DNA of 64,000 nucleotides from Octopus vulgaris (Eukaryota): NCBI GenBank assembly GCA_951406725.2, contig OX597842.1, positions 16,368,001 to 16,432,000 of the forward strand, read 5' to 3'. Shown piece by piece: positions 25,040 to 37,964 of this stretch (position 1 is its first letter; each line of letters starts with the position of its first letter). The notes under the pieces were generated by a model. It saw only the letters and a program-made list of their open reading frames with translations, ran no database searches and was not told where the DNA came from. The position numbers and the translations under genes were made by a program.

Positions 25040-27662
25040 CTTCACTACCGAGCGCAGCTCTGTGTGCCTTGGGTATGTGCTGTGATTTGTTGTGATGCTC
25101 TGATGGTTATTGTATGGAAAGTGTTCTGCGTAGGATGTGGGCAGTGCCTAGTAGTGCAATTTTCTGTATGTTATATGTGTTTGTAAGTCCTGGTGTTTTT
25201 GTTATGTATTTGTCTGAATATTTTTTTATCATGCCTAATGCACCTACTATGATAGGAATTGTTTCTGTTTTCAGATTCCACATTCTAGTTACCTCTATTT
25301 CCAGGTCTTTGTATTTTGAGAGTTTCTCCATTTCTTTTAGAGACACGTTGTCATCTGCCGGTATTGATACATCAATTAAAAAGCATTTTTTTCTTCATGA
25401 TCTCTGACAACTATATCTGGTCTGTTGGCCTTAATTTCTCTATCTGTGTGTATCGGCATATCCCAGAGTATGGTTGCTTTCTCGTTTTCTGTGACCTTTT
25501 CTGGTGTGTGCCTATACCATCTTTTTTCTGTTGTTATTCCATAATGTTGGCATAGCTTCCAATGTATGTAGGTTCCAACTCTGTCATGTCTGTGAATATA
25601 TTCCTTCTTAGCCAGGACTGGGCAGCTAGAGATAATATGATTTATTGTTTCTTGTCCATCTCCACATATTCTGCAGTTACTTGTAATATTTCTTTTCATT
25701 ACATGTTTTTGGTAATTTCTGGTGGGGAGGCTTTGGTCTTGTGCTGCAATTAAAAATCCCTCTGTTTCTGCTTTGAGTCCTGAGCTTCTCAACCATTGCT
25801 GGGATTTTTCTTTGTCTATTTCTTTTGCGTTTAGTTTAGTGCAGTATTTACCATGAAGGGGCTTTTCTTGCCATCGTTTTATCATGGTTCGTTGCTGTTC
25901 TGTTTTTAGTTTGGATTTCATTTGTTTTATAGCTTTTGTTGTTTCTTCATCTTCTTCTTCTTCTTCATGTTTATTAGGTGGTATGATTTCTTGTTTGTAT
26001 TTGTCAGCTTCCTTAAATACTGAGAACAGTTTTTTGTTTTGCTCGTGTTTTGCCGCTATCTGGATCAGTTTTCCTTCCTTCTGAAGTAGATATTTTTGCA
26101 GTCCTATGGTGGTTATTTTATAGTAGTTTTCCAGCTGTATAAGGCCTCTACCACCTTCCATACGTTGTATATATAGTCTTTCTATGTCAGATTTTGGGTG
26201 ATGCATCCTAGATCCTGTCATTATTTTTCTTGTTTTCCTATCTATTTTGGTCAGTTCATTTCGTGTCCAGTTAAGGATATTGTAGCTGTAACTTATAACT
26301 GGGACAGCTAAAGTGTTGATACCTATTATCTTGTTTTTAGCATTGAGCTCTGTGTTTAGTATTGATCTAACTCGTCTATAATATTCTTTTTTTATTTTCT
26401 CTTTCATTTGTGTGTGTTGTGTCTTATCTAGTTCATGGATTCCTAAGTATTTGTAAGTTTGGCTTTGGTCTAATTCTTTTATTTCATTGGTTTTATCTAG
26501 TGTGATGTTGTTACTCTTAACTAGTTTTCCTCTTTTCATGGTTACTTTGGCGCATTTTTCTAATCCAAATTTCATATCTATTTCTTTGGTAAATCCATGA
26601 ACTGTCTTTAATAGTGTTTCCAGCTGTTTGTCATTTGCAGCGTATAGTTTTAGGTCATCCATATATAAAAGGTGGCTGATCGTTTTGCCGTAACATTTAT
26701 ATCCGCATCCAGTTCTATTTAGCATATCAGATAGAGGTGACAGTGCCAAGCAGAAAAGGAGTGGAGAGAGCGTGTCTCCCTGGAATATTCCTCTTCTAAT
26801 GGGGATGTCTTTGGTTTTCATGAGTCCCTCTTTTGTTTGGAGGTGTAGGACTGTTTGCCATTTATTCATAGAGTGCTCTATGAATTTTATGATTGTTGGT
26901 GCTACTTTGTTAATGGCTAGTGTTTCGAGGATCCATGTGTGGGGGATGCTATCAAACGCCTTTTTGTAGTCAATCCAGGCCATACTGAGGCCTTTCTTCT
27001 TTCTGTGGCTGTCTTCAGTTATGGCTTTATTAATCATTAGTTGATCTTTACAGCCATATGAGCCTTTGCGGCATCCTTTCTGCTCTTCTGGGAACAGTTT
27101 GTTTTCGTCCAGGTGCTTGTTCAGCCTTTGTGATATCACTGCAGTAAATGCCTTGAACATAGTAGGGAGGCAGGTTATTGGTCTGTAGTTTTCTGGTTTT
27201 TCTGTTTCATTTGATTTGGGAATTAAGATGGTTTTCCCCTTCGTGAGCCATTCAGGCATTGTCTCTGGCTCTGCTAGTACGTTGTTAAAGTTTTCAGCCA
27301 GCTTTTTGTGCATTCCTGTTAGATATTTCAACCAGAAGTTGGGGATCTTGTCATGCCCAGGTGCCTTCCAGTTGCTTAGTCTTTGCAGTGCCTGGGTGAC
27401 CTCTTCAGTTGTTATGGGGGTCCAAAGTTGTTCAGATGCCGAGTTTGTAATTTTGATACTCCTTTTTTTGGTGGTTCGTTCGCCGACCATATCTCTCTCA
27501 GAATTCTTCCAATTCTTCTGCCGTTGGTGCTGCAGTGACTTCTATTTTATTTTTGCCCAGTTCTTGGTAGAACTTTTTGGGGTTGGAGCTGAACTTTTTG
27601 TTTTCTTCAAAGAAGCGTTGGCGTTTCTTGTACCGGCGGATCCTTTGTGCTTATATCTTGCT

Positions 27663-27664
<2 letters not shown>
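25040..27664 (-). mobile_element. R4/Dong-clade RLE LINE, 5'-truncated but nearly intact, inserted in (TAA)n
   Basis: 704-aa ORF with RT (KAFDS, GIFQGD.LSP, YMDD), CCHC finger (CRICG...HIISSC), RHD, PDIVV and KYKDL endonuclease motifs; frameshift near 25390; TAA tracts on both sides. Confidence 0.92.
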
Positions 27665-27711
<47 letters not shown>

Positions 27712-28125
27712 CATTACTCCTGTTTGGGCGGGTTTGGGTGAGTATCCATTATTATTATTATTATTATTGGGTGAGAGAGCAGTGCATGCCATCAAAGGGA
27801 CACTGGGGTAAAATATAGGAAGCCCAGTATACCCATCATGACTACCCGTATGATAAGGGTAGACTAGGCACATGCATCACAATATGTGCGTGACATCGTG
27901 ACATCATATGAAGATAAACAGCACCTGACCTTGCTGGTGGGGCCCAGTTAGAATCTTCTTCTGGTCGAGTAGCCTATCCCGTTTAAAAATTTCCTGAATA
28001 AGGGTTGTTCAAGGATGTTGAACGAAACACCCACGATTCGAAAGATGAATTATCGAAACCCCGAAGAATTCAACCCAATTACTTATACTTACACGCTTTT
28101 TGTTGTTGTTGTTGTTGTTGTTGCT

Positions 28126-28252
28126 TTATCTACGAACACATGTTCTCCCATTGAAACGGAACCCTGGTTTACACAAACATTTGTAGGACCTATTGTGTTG
28201 ACGCATTTCCCGTATCTACCGCATCGAAACCTCCTTCTGCACTCGTTTACAT
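28126..28252 (-). CDS. EGF-repeat gene, last coding exon (cbEGF DVNECRRRFRCGRYGKCVNTIG[S]YKCLCKPGFRFNGRTCVRR*), with a 1-nt deletion
   Basis: tttgcAG acceptor; GGTCC versus GGATCC in the paralogous exons shifts the frame; the corrected frame ends in TAA at 28126-28128; GTAAGT donor at 28092. Confidence 0.7.
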
Positions 28253-28548
28253 CTGCAAATGAAAACAAATTTATTGCACTTAATTGCATGTATATAAAAC
28301 AGATGCATTATTTGGGGTTGGGTCAATGTAATAAGCACCAGTTATACTCTGGGGTCGATGTAATCGACTAGTCCCATTGCCCCAAAGTTTGTGACATTAA
28401 ATATGTTCGTTGTTACACTGTTTTTTTTTTCAAACGGAAAAACCCTTTGTAACTTTCGTCCTGTGTTTTGTCCCTTTATTTTATAATTGATTCTTGTTAG
28501 CCCTTGTGGCCAATAAACGAATTAATTATTATTATCATTTTTTAATAT

Positions 28549-28640
<92 letters not shown>

Positions 28641-28665
28641 TTATTATCATTATTATTATTATTAC

Positions 28666-28704
<39 letters not shown>

Positions 28705-28774
28705 CTCCCAGCCAATTGCTTATAGATATACGTGTGTATATTGTTCTTGTAGCTGCTGTTTGTCCTTTACTTAC

Positions 28775-28894
28775 CAACACATGTTCTTCTATTGAAATAA
28801 TAGCCCCGTCTGCAGTAACAAGTGAAAGAGGTTCCTCTCTTGACGCATCTACCATTTCTCCCGCACCGATTCCATCTGCACGCTCCTCCGACGG
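28775..28894 (-). CDS. EGF exon A1 (AVGGACRWNRCGRNGRCVKRGTSFTCYCRRGYYFNRRTCV)
   Basis: 120 nt, phase 1-1, ttccAG/GTAAGT, six Cys with EGF spacing. Confidence 0.88.
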
Positions 28895-29347
28895 CTGGAA
28901 AGCAGAACAGAAATAACACAATTATATATAACAATCAGAATTCTTTCATCATCATCATCATCATCATGATCATCATCATAATGACAGATAGTTACCACAC
29001 CGGGTGTCATTTCGACAGCGTCTGTAGTTTCTAAGTTCAAACACCACAGACGTCAACTTTGCCTTTCATCGCTTCCGGGTCGATTGAATAAGTAACAGAT
29101 GTTCACTGGGGTCGATGTAATCGACTTATCCCCGACCCAGAATTACTTGCCCTCTGTGGCAATTTGGAAATCATCATTATCATCATCATCATCATCATCA
29201 TTATCATCATCATCATCATCATCATCAACATCATCATCATCAACATCATCATCATCATCATCATCATCAACATCATCATCATCATCATTATCATCATTAT
29301 GATCATCAACACCAACATCATCATCATCATCATCACCATCATTATTA

Positions 29348-29426
<79 letters not shown>

Positions 29427-29529
29427 TATACACACAACCAGCCAGACTGTTAGAAAAGAAAAGACCCAAACAGGGGTCTACAAGCCGCCTTAAATATCAA
29501 GAACCCACCTATTGGGTTGCAGCAAGTAA

Positions 29530-30625
29530 CCTTAGATGCCAAGATCCCTCCTAAGCTTCTTAGCTGTCCATAATAACACTGTTTTCTGGAGCTGTACGAA
29601 ACTGGGTTTTCTGCCTATGTCCTCTCTCCATCTGTTCAGATCTTTAGGGATAGTTTCCAATGCTCCTATAACTACTGGGACGCATTTTACCCGCACTTTC
29701 CATAGTTTCGGTAATTCAATGGCTACGTCCTGGTACTCTGCTATTTTTTCTATGGATGGAAGCACTCCGTTGGTTACGACGATGAGGGTTCCGGTTGATC
29801 CGAATCAATGGAACAGCCTGCTCGTGAAATTAACGTGTAAGTGGCTGAGCACTCCACAGACACGTGCACCCTTAACGTAGTTCTCGGGGAAATTCAGTGT
29901 GAAACAGAGAGTGACAAGGCCGGCCCCTTGAAATACAGGTACAACAGAAACAGGAAGTAAGAGTGAGAGAAAGTTGTGGTGAAAGAGCACAGCAGGGATC
30001 ACCACCATCCCCTGCCAGAGCATCGTGGAGCTTTTTAGGTGTTTTCGCTCAATAAACACTCACAACGCCCGGTCTGGGAATCGAAACCGCGATCCTATGA
30101 CCGCGAGTCCGCTGCCCTAACCAGTGGGCCATTGGGCCTCATTTTTTTTTTTCTATACTTCCCATATTAATGTTTTCATCATTTGGGACCGTAAAGTCGG
30201 TTATCTGGCACTTTCTATTCTCTTTATCTTCTGCTACCAAATCAGGCCTTCTAGCTTCTATTACTGTCAGTCTGAATGACGAGCTCCCACAACATCTTAT
30301 ATTTCTTACTTTCTAATACTTTTCCAGGTTCGTGTTCATACCATTTGTCAGCATGTTAAAAATCCTAGATGTCCACACAAATCCCAGTGGATTACTCTAC
30401 CGAAGATGTCATATATTTTCTTGAATTCTTTCTGTGACGTCATGCTATATTCAATTACTATATGAGAAATGCTTTCTTCCTTTGATTTGCATAGGGCTAC
30501 ATTTGGAATCTAATTGGTTTTTGTCTATCTTGGTGTTTATCCAATTAGTCCTTAAAACTTGATCCCGTGCTGCTACTAAAAAATTTCTCCTATTTTAAAC
30601 TTCCTTTATGCAACCGTAGCCATGT
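29530..30625 (-). mobile_element. Old Dong/R4 3' remnant interrupted by a third tRNA-SINE family (~29763-30140); duplicated at 33390-34485
   Basis: KIAEYQDVAIEL..LW...PVVIGAL RLE tail; SINE head gaggc.caatggcccactggttagggcagcggactcg on the reverse strand. Confidence 0.7.
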
Positions 30626-30629
30626 CTCA

Positions 30630-30682
<53 letters not shown>

Positions 30683-30950
30683 GGTGTCGAGCTGGCAGAG
30701 TCGTTAGCGTGCGGGGCGAAATCTTTGCGGTATTTCGTATGTCGCTACGTTCTGAGTTCAAATTTCACAGAGGTCGACTTTGCCTTCCATCGTTTTGGGG
30801 TCGATAAATTGAGTACCAGGTGAGTAGTGGGGTCGACGTAATCGACTTACCACACACCAAAATTCCAGGCCTTCTGTCTAGAGTAGAAAAGATTATTACT
30901 TATACATAAACGTGTGTTGTTGTTGTTGTTGTCTATTCTGCTTCACTTAC

Positions 30951-31070
30951 CAACGCATGTTCTCCCATTGAAACGGAAACCTCGACGACAGAAACATCTG
31001 TAGGATCCTGGGGTGTTGATGCATCTCCCGTATCTTCCGCACACATACTTCCATCTGCACTCGTTTCTGT
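30951..31070 (-). CDS. cbEGF exon B1 (DRNECRWKYVCGRYGRCINTPGSYRCFCRRGFRFNGRTCV)
   Basis: 120 nt, phase 1-1, ttccAG/GTAAGT; D-x-N-E-C and C-x-N-x-x-G-S-Y-x-C calcium-binding EGF consensus. Confidence 0.9.
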
Positions 31071-32389
31071 CTGGAAAAGTAAAACAAATTCATTGCATGG
31101 ATGTAACACTTATGTATCATCATCATCACCATCCTCATCATAACCATCATCATCATCGTCGTCATCATCATAATCATCATCATCATCACCACTACCACCA
31201 CCATCATCATCTTCATCATCATAATCATCATCATCATCATCATCATAACCATCATCATCGTCGTCGTCATCATCATCATCATCACCACCACCACCATCAT
31301 CATCTTCATCATCATTATCATCATCATCATCAACATCCTCATCATTACCATCATCATCATCGTCGTCATCATCATCATCACCACCACCATCACCACCATC
31401 ATCATCACCACCATCATCATCATCATCATCATCACCATCCTCATCATAACCATCATCATCATCGTCGTCATTATCATCATCATCACCATCATCTTCATCA
31501 TCATTATCATCATCATCATCATCACCACCATCATCATCATCATCATCCTCATCATAACCATCACCACCATCATCTTCATCATCATAATTATCATAATCAT
31601 CATCAGTAGCATCACCACCACCATCACCATCATCATTATTGATATTGATGTTTTGGTTGGTGTAATTCTTCAGGTGGTACGCTGGGAGGATTGTAAACAA
31701 AAACCACTGAAACAGTGGCGGAAGGGGAGCGATGTGATCGACTATCCCCCACCGCTAAAATTTCAGGCCTTCTGCCTACAGTAAAAGGGATTAATATTAT
31801 TATTATTATTATTATTATTGAGAGAGAAAGAGCAGTACTTGTCATCAAAGTGACACTAGGGTAAAATATACGAAGCCCAGTATACCCATCATGACTACCC
31901 GTTTGATAAGGGTATACTAGGCACATGTTTCACAACCACATGTGTGCCACATGATGATCTCATTTCAAGATAAACAGCACATGACCTTGCAGGTGGGGCC
32001 CAGTTAGAAATTTCTTCAGTTGGAGTAGCCCATCCCGCTCAAAACGTCCCTAAATAAATTGTTTAAGGATGTTGAACAAATCACCCATGTTTCCAAATAT
32101 GAATTATCCAAACCTCCAAGAATGCCTCTCAACACGTGACTATGATGCTCCCCCACTACTTCTGCTCATGATCAGAGATGCACAAATCGTTAGCCACTAA
32201 GGGACATGCTCAAACTGGTTAAGGTCAAACAACTGACAAGCAAATCAGTTGTACTGAGCAGAATATGTGCTGCAGCCCAAAACTTCGAATCAGTTAAGAT
32301 CAGAAACCATGAAAGCCACTGTGGGGCATTTATTATTATAATTGTTATCATTATTATTATTATTGTTATCATTATTATTATTATTGTTA

Positions 32390-32459
<70 letters not shown>

Positions 32460-32518
32460 TATTATTATTATTATTGTTGTTGTTGCTGTTGTAGTTGTTG
32501 TTATTATTATTATTATTA

Positions 32519-32570
<52 letters not shown>

Positions 32571-32640
32571 CTCCTTGAAAATTGCTTATAGATATACGTG
32601 TGTATATTGTTCTTGTAGCTGCTGTTTGTCCTTTACTTAC

Positions 32641-32760
32641 CAACACAAGTTCTTCTATTGAAATAATAGCCCCGTCTGCAGTAACAAGTGAAAGAGGTTC
32701 CTCTCTTGACGCATCTACCATTTCTCCCGCACCGATTCAATCTGCACGTTCCTCCGACGG
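32641..32760 (-). CDS. EGF exon A2 (AVGGTCRLNRCGRNGRCVKRGTSFTCYCRRGYYFNRRTCV)
   Basis: Paralog of A1 with intact splice sites. Confidence 0.88.
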
Positions 32761-33034
32761 CTGGAAAGCAGAACAGAAATAACACAATTATATATAACAA
32801 TCAGAATTCTTTCATCATCATCATCATCATCATGATCATCATCATAATGACAGATAGTTACCACACCGGGTGTCATTTCGACAGCGTCTGTAGTTTCTAA
32901 GTTCAAACACCACAGCCGTCAACTTTGCCTGTCATCGTTTCCGGGTCGATTGAATAAGTAACAGATGTTCACTGGGGTCGATGTAATCGACTTATCCCCG
33001 ACCCAGAATTACTGGCCCTCTGTGGCAAATTTGG

Positions 33035-33100
<66 letters not shown>

Positions 33101-33208
33101 ACATCATCATCATCAACATCATCTTCATCATCATCAACAACATCATCATCATCATCATTATGATCATCAACACCAACATCATCATCATCATCATCACCAT
33201 CATTATTA

Positions 33209-33287
<79 letters not shown>

Positions 33288-34486
33288 TATACACACATCC
33301 AGCCAGACTGTTAGAAAAGAAAAGACCCAAACAGGGGTCTACAAGCCGCCTTAAATATCAAGAACCCACCTATTGGGTTGCAGCAAGTAACCTTAGATAC
33401 TAAGATCCCTCCTAAGCTTCTTAGCTGTCCATAATAACACTGTTTTCTGGAGCTGTACGAAACTGGGTTTTCTGCCTATGTCCTCTCTCCATCTGTTCAG
33501 ATCTTTAGGGATAGTTTCCAATGCTCCTATAACTACTGGGACGCATTTTACCCGCACTTTCCATAGTTTCGGTAATTCAATGGCTACGTCCTGGTACTCT
33601 GCTATTTTTTCTATGGATGGAAGCACTCCGTCGGTTACGACGATGAGGGTTCCGGTTGATCCGAATCAATGGAACAGCCTGCTCGTGAAATTAACGTGTA
33701 AGTGGCTGAGCACTCCACAGACACGTGCACCCTTAACGTAGTTCTCGGGGAAATTCAGTGTGACACAGAGAGTGACAAGGCCGGCCCCTTGAAATACAGG
33801 TACAACAGAAACAGGAAGTAAGAGTGAGAGAAAGTTGTGGTGAAAGAGCACAGCAGGGATCACCACCATCCCCTGCCAGAGCCTCGTGGAGCTTTTTAGG
33901 TGTTTCGCTCAATAAACACTCACAACGCCCGGTCTGGGAATCGAAACCGCGATCCTATGACCGCGAGTCCGCTGCCCTAACCAGTGGGCCATTGCGCCTC
34001 ATTTTTTTTTCTATACTTCCCATATTAATGTTTTCATCATTTGGGACCGTAAAGTCGGTTATCTGGCACTTTCTATTCTCTTTATCTTCTGCTACCAAAT
34101 CAGGCCTTCTAGCTTCTATTACTGTCAGTCTGAATGACGAGCTCCCACAACATCTTATATTTCTTACTTTCTAATACTTTTCCAGGTTCGTGTTCATACC
34201 ATTTGTCAGCATGTTAAAAATCCTAGATGTCCACACAAATCCCAGTGGATTACTCTACCGAAGATGTCATATATTTTCTTGAATTCTTTCTGTGACGTCA
34301 TGCTATATTCAATTACTATATGAGAAATGCTTTCTTCCTTTGATTTGCATAGGCTACATTTGGAATCTAATTGGTTTTTGTCTATCTTGGTGTTTATCCA
34401 ATTAGTCCTTAAAACTTGATCCCGTGCTGCTACTAAAAAATTTCTCCCATTTCAAACTTCCTTTATGGAACCGTAGCCATGTCTCA

Positions 34487-34555
<69 letters not shown>

Positions 34556-34828
34556 GTTAAGGTGTCGAGCTGGCAGAGTCGTTAGCGTGCGGGGCGAAAT
34601 CTTTGCGGTATTTCGTATGTCGCTACGTTCTGAGTTCAAATTTCACAGAGGTCGATTTTGCCTTCCATCGTTTTGGGGTCGATAAATTGAGTACCAGGTG
34701 AGTAGTGGGGTCGATGTAATCGACTTACCACACACCAAAATTCCAGGCCTTCTGTCTAGAGTAGAAAAGATTATTACTTATACATAAACGTGTGTTGTTG
34801 TTGTTGTTGTCTATTCTGCTTCACTTAC

Positions 34829-34948
34829 CAACGCATGTTCTCCCATTGAAACGGAAACCTCGACGACAGAAACATCTGTAGGATCCTGGGGTGTTGATGC
34901 ATCTCCCGTATCTTCCGCACACATACTTCCGTCTGCACTCGTTTCTGT
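34829..34948 (-). CDS. cbEGF exon B2 (DRNECRRKYVCGRYGRCINTPGSYRCFCRRGFRFNGRTCV)
   Basis: Paralog of B1 with intact splice sites. Confidence 0.9.
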
Positions 34949-35680
34949 CTGGAAAAGTAAAACAAATTCATTGCATGGATGTAACACTTATGTATCATCA
35001 TCATCACCATCCTCATCATAACCATCATCATCATCGTCGTCATCATCATAATCATCATCATCATCACCACTATCACCACCATCATCATCTTCATCATCAT
35101 AATCATCATCATCATCATCACCATCCTCATCATAACCATCATCATCGTCGTCGTCATCATCATCATCATCACCACCACCACCATCATCATCTTCATCATC
35201 ATTATCATCATCATCATCAACATCCTCATCATTACCATCATCATCATCGTCGTCATCATCATCATCACCACCACCATCACCACCATCATCATCACCACCA
35301 TCATCATCATCATCATCATCACCATCCTCATCATAACCATCATCATCATCGTCGTCATTATCATCATCATCACCATCAACTTCATCATCATTATCATCAT
35401 CATCATCATCACCACCATCATCATCATCATCATCCTCATCATAACCATCACCACCATCATCTTCATCATCATAATTATCATAATCATCATCAGCAGCATC
35501 ACCACCACCATCACCATCATCATTATTGATATTGATGTTTTGGTTGGTGTAATTCTTCAGGTGGTACGCTGGGAGGATTGTAAACAAAACCACTGAAACA
35601 GTGGCGGGAGGGGAGCGATGTGATCGACTATCCCCCACCGCTAAAATTTCAGGCCTTCTGCCTATAGTAAAAGGGATTAA

Positions 35681-35731
<51 letters not shown>

Positions 35732-35751
35732 CATTATTATTATTATTATTA

Positions 35752-35811
<60 letters not shown>

Positions 35812-36387
35812 CATTATTGAGAGAGAGAGAGAGAGCAGTACTTGTCATCAAAGTGACACTAGGGTAAAATATACGAAGCCCAGTATACCCATCATGACTA
35901 CCCGTTTGATAAGGGTATACTAGGCACATGTTTCACAACCACATGTGTGCCACATGATGATCTCATTTCAAGATAAACAGCACATGACCTTGCAGGTGGG
36001 GCCCAGTTAGAAATTTCTTCAGTTGGAGTAGCCCATCCCGCTCAAAACGTCCCTAAATAAATTGTTTAAGGATGTTGAACAAATCACTCATGTTTCCAAA
36101 TATGAATTATCCAAACCTCCAAGAATGCCTCTCAACACGTGGCTATGATGCTCCCCCACTACTTCTGCTCATGATCAGAGATGCACAAATCGTCAGCCAC
36201 TAAGGGAAATGCTCCAACTGGTTAAGGTCAAACAACTGACAAGCAAATCTGTTGTACTGAGCAGAATATGTGCTGCAGCCCAAAACTTCGAATCAGTTAA
36301 GATCAGAAGCCATGAAAGCCACTGTCAGGGCATTTATTATTATAATTGTTATCATTATTATTATTATTGTTATCATTATTATTATTA

Positions 36388-36454
<67 letters not shown>

Positions 36455-36492
36455 CATTATTATTATTATTATTGTTGTTGCTGTTGTAGTTG

Positions 36493-36526
<34 letters not shown>

Positions 36527-36568
36527 CATTATTTTTATTATTATTATTATCATTATTATTATTATTAC

Positions 36569-36610
<42 letters not shown>

Positions 36611-36715
36611 CATTATTTTTATTATTATTATTATCATTATTATTATTATTACTATTATTATTATCATTATTTTTATTATTATTATTATCATTATTATCAT
36701 TATTATTATTATTAC

Positions 36716-36781
<66 letters not shown>

Positions 36782-36809
36782 CATTATTATCATTATTATT
36801 ATTATTATT

Positions 36810-37290
36810 ATTATTCTATGTTTGACTTTTGCTTTATATTTGTACAAGTTGGCTCCAAGTCTCACCCAGAGACCTCAAGAGACAACAGGGTTGGAAGTTC
36901 ATGTTGTTGTTATGCCTAGTGTGCCATATATTTGGGGGGTGGGGATGTTGTACTAATGAATGTCTAAAAAATAAAAAGGTTTTTTTTTTTTTTTTTTTAA
37001 ACCGAAAATTATGTTTGTTTTAAACCTTGAGATTACATAGAGAGTATTTTGCGTAGGATATGAGCAGTTCCCATGAGCACTATCTTTTGAACTATTTTTG
37101 GGTTTCCTGGTATCTGAGTTAGGTAGCTATCAGCCCCTTTTGCTATCATTCCCAGGGCACCTATGACAACAGGTATTGTTTTAGTCTTCAGCTTCCACAT
37201 TTTGCTGATTTCTATTTCAAGATCTTTATATTTGCTCAGTTTTTGGTAGGTCTTGACAGATACGTTTATATCGATTGGCACAGTCATATT
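36810..37290 (-). mobile_element. Short Dong/R4 3' end in (TAA)n
   Basis: KLSKYKDLEIEISKMW...PVVIGALG...ILRKILS, plus 3'UTR. Confidence 0.8.
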
Positions 37291-37297
37291 GTTGTTG

Positions 37298-37331
<34 letters not shown>

Positions 37332-37338
37332 TATTTAT

Positions 37339-37420
<82 letters not shown>

Positions 37421-37490
37421 CTCCCAGCCAATTGCTTATAGATATACGTGTGTATATTGTTCTTGTAGCTGCTGTTTGTCCTTTACTTAC

Positions 37491-37610
37491 CAACACATGT
37501 TCTTCTATTGAAATAATAGCCCCGTCTGCAGGAACAAGTGAAAGAGGTTCCTCTCTTGACGCATCTACCATTTCTCCCGCACCGATTCCATCTGCACGCT
37601 CCTCCGACGG
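37491..37610 (-). CDS. EGF exon A3 (AVGGACRWNRCGRNGRCVKRGTSFTCSCRRGYYFNRRTCV)
   Basis: Paralog of A1 with intact splice sites; most upstream exon visible before the gap. Confidence 0.88.
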
Positions 37611-37665
37611 CTGGAAAGCAGAACAGAAATAACACAATTATATATAACAATCAGAATCCTTTCAC

Positions 37666-37705
<40 letters not shown>

Positions 37706-37964
37706 GTCTCGTCGTCGTCGTCGTCGTCGTCGTTAGCAGAATCGTTTGCACGACGGAGAAAATGTTTGGCGGCATTTTGTTCGTCTTTACATTCTGTATT
37801 CAAATTCCGCTAAGGTCGACTTTGCCTTTCATCCTTTCAGGGTCGATAAATTAAGGACCCCTGAAACAGTGGGGGTCGATGTAATCGACTCACCCCACCG
37901 ATAAGAATTCAGGCCTTGTGCATATAGTAGAAAGGATTATTATTATTATTATTATTATTATTAT

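Larger units (their letters stand above)
28700..36500. repeat. Recent tandem duplication, ~3.87-kb unit x2, carrying exons A and B plus intronic repeats
   Basis: A1 to A2 offset 3866, B1 to B2 offset 3878; units near-identical outside the microsatellites; a third A segment lies at ~37420-37680. Confidence 0.9.

Noticed and set aside
28535-28921. ORF-track proteins over the EGF exons (MVDASREEPL..., QLLIDIRV...)
   Set aside because: These are the wrong frame or strand; the splice-bounded frame gives six-cysteine EGF domains.
30947-31700. Long poly-His/poly-Asp/poly-Met ORFs (also 34825-35929 and 29099-29493)
   Set aside because: These are intronic (CAT/CAC/CGT)n microsatellites open in several frames, with no splice support.
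36209-36956. Poly-Ile/Tyr/Leu/Asn ORFs, and the many YIYI/HTHT ORFs elsewhere
   Set aside because: They are translations of (TAA)n, (TA)n and (CA)n repeats.
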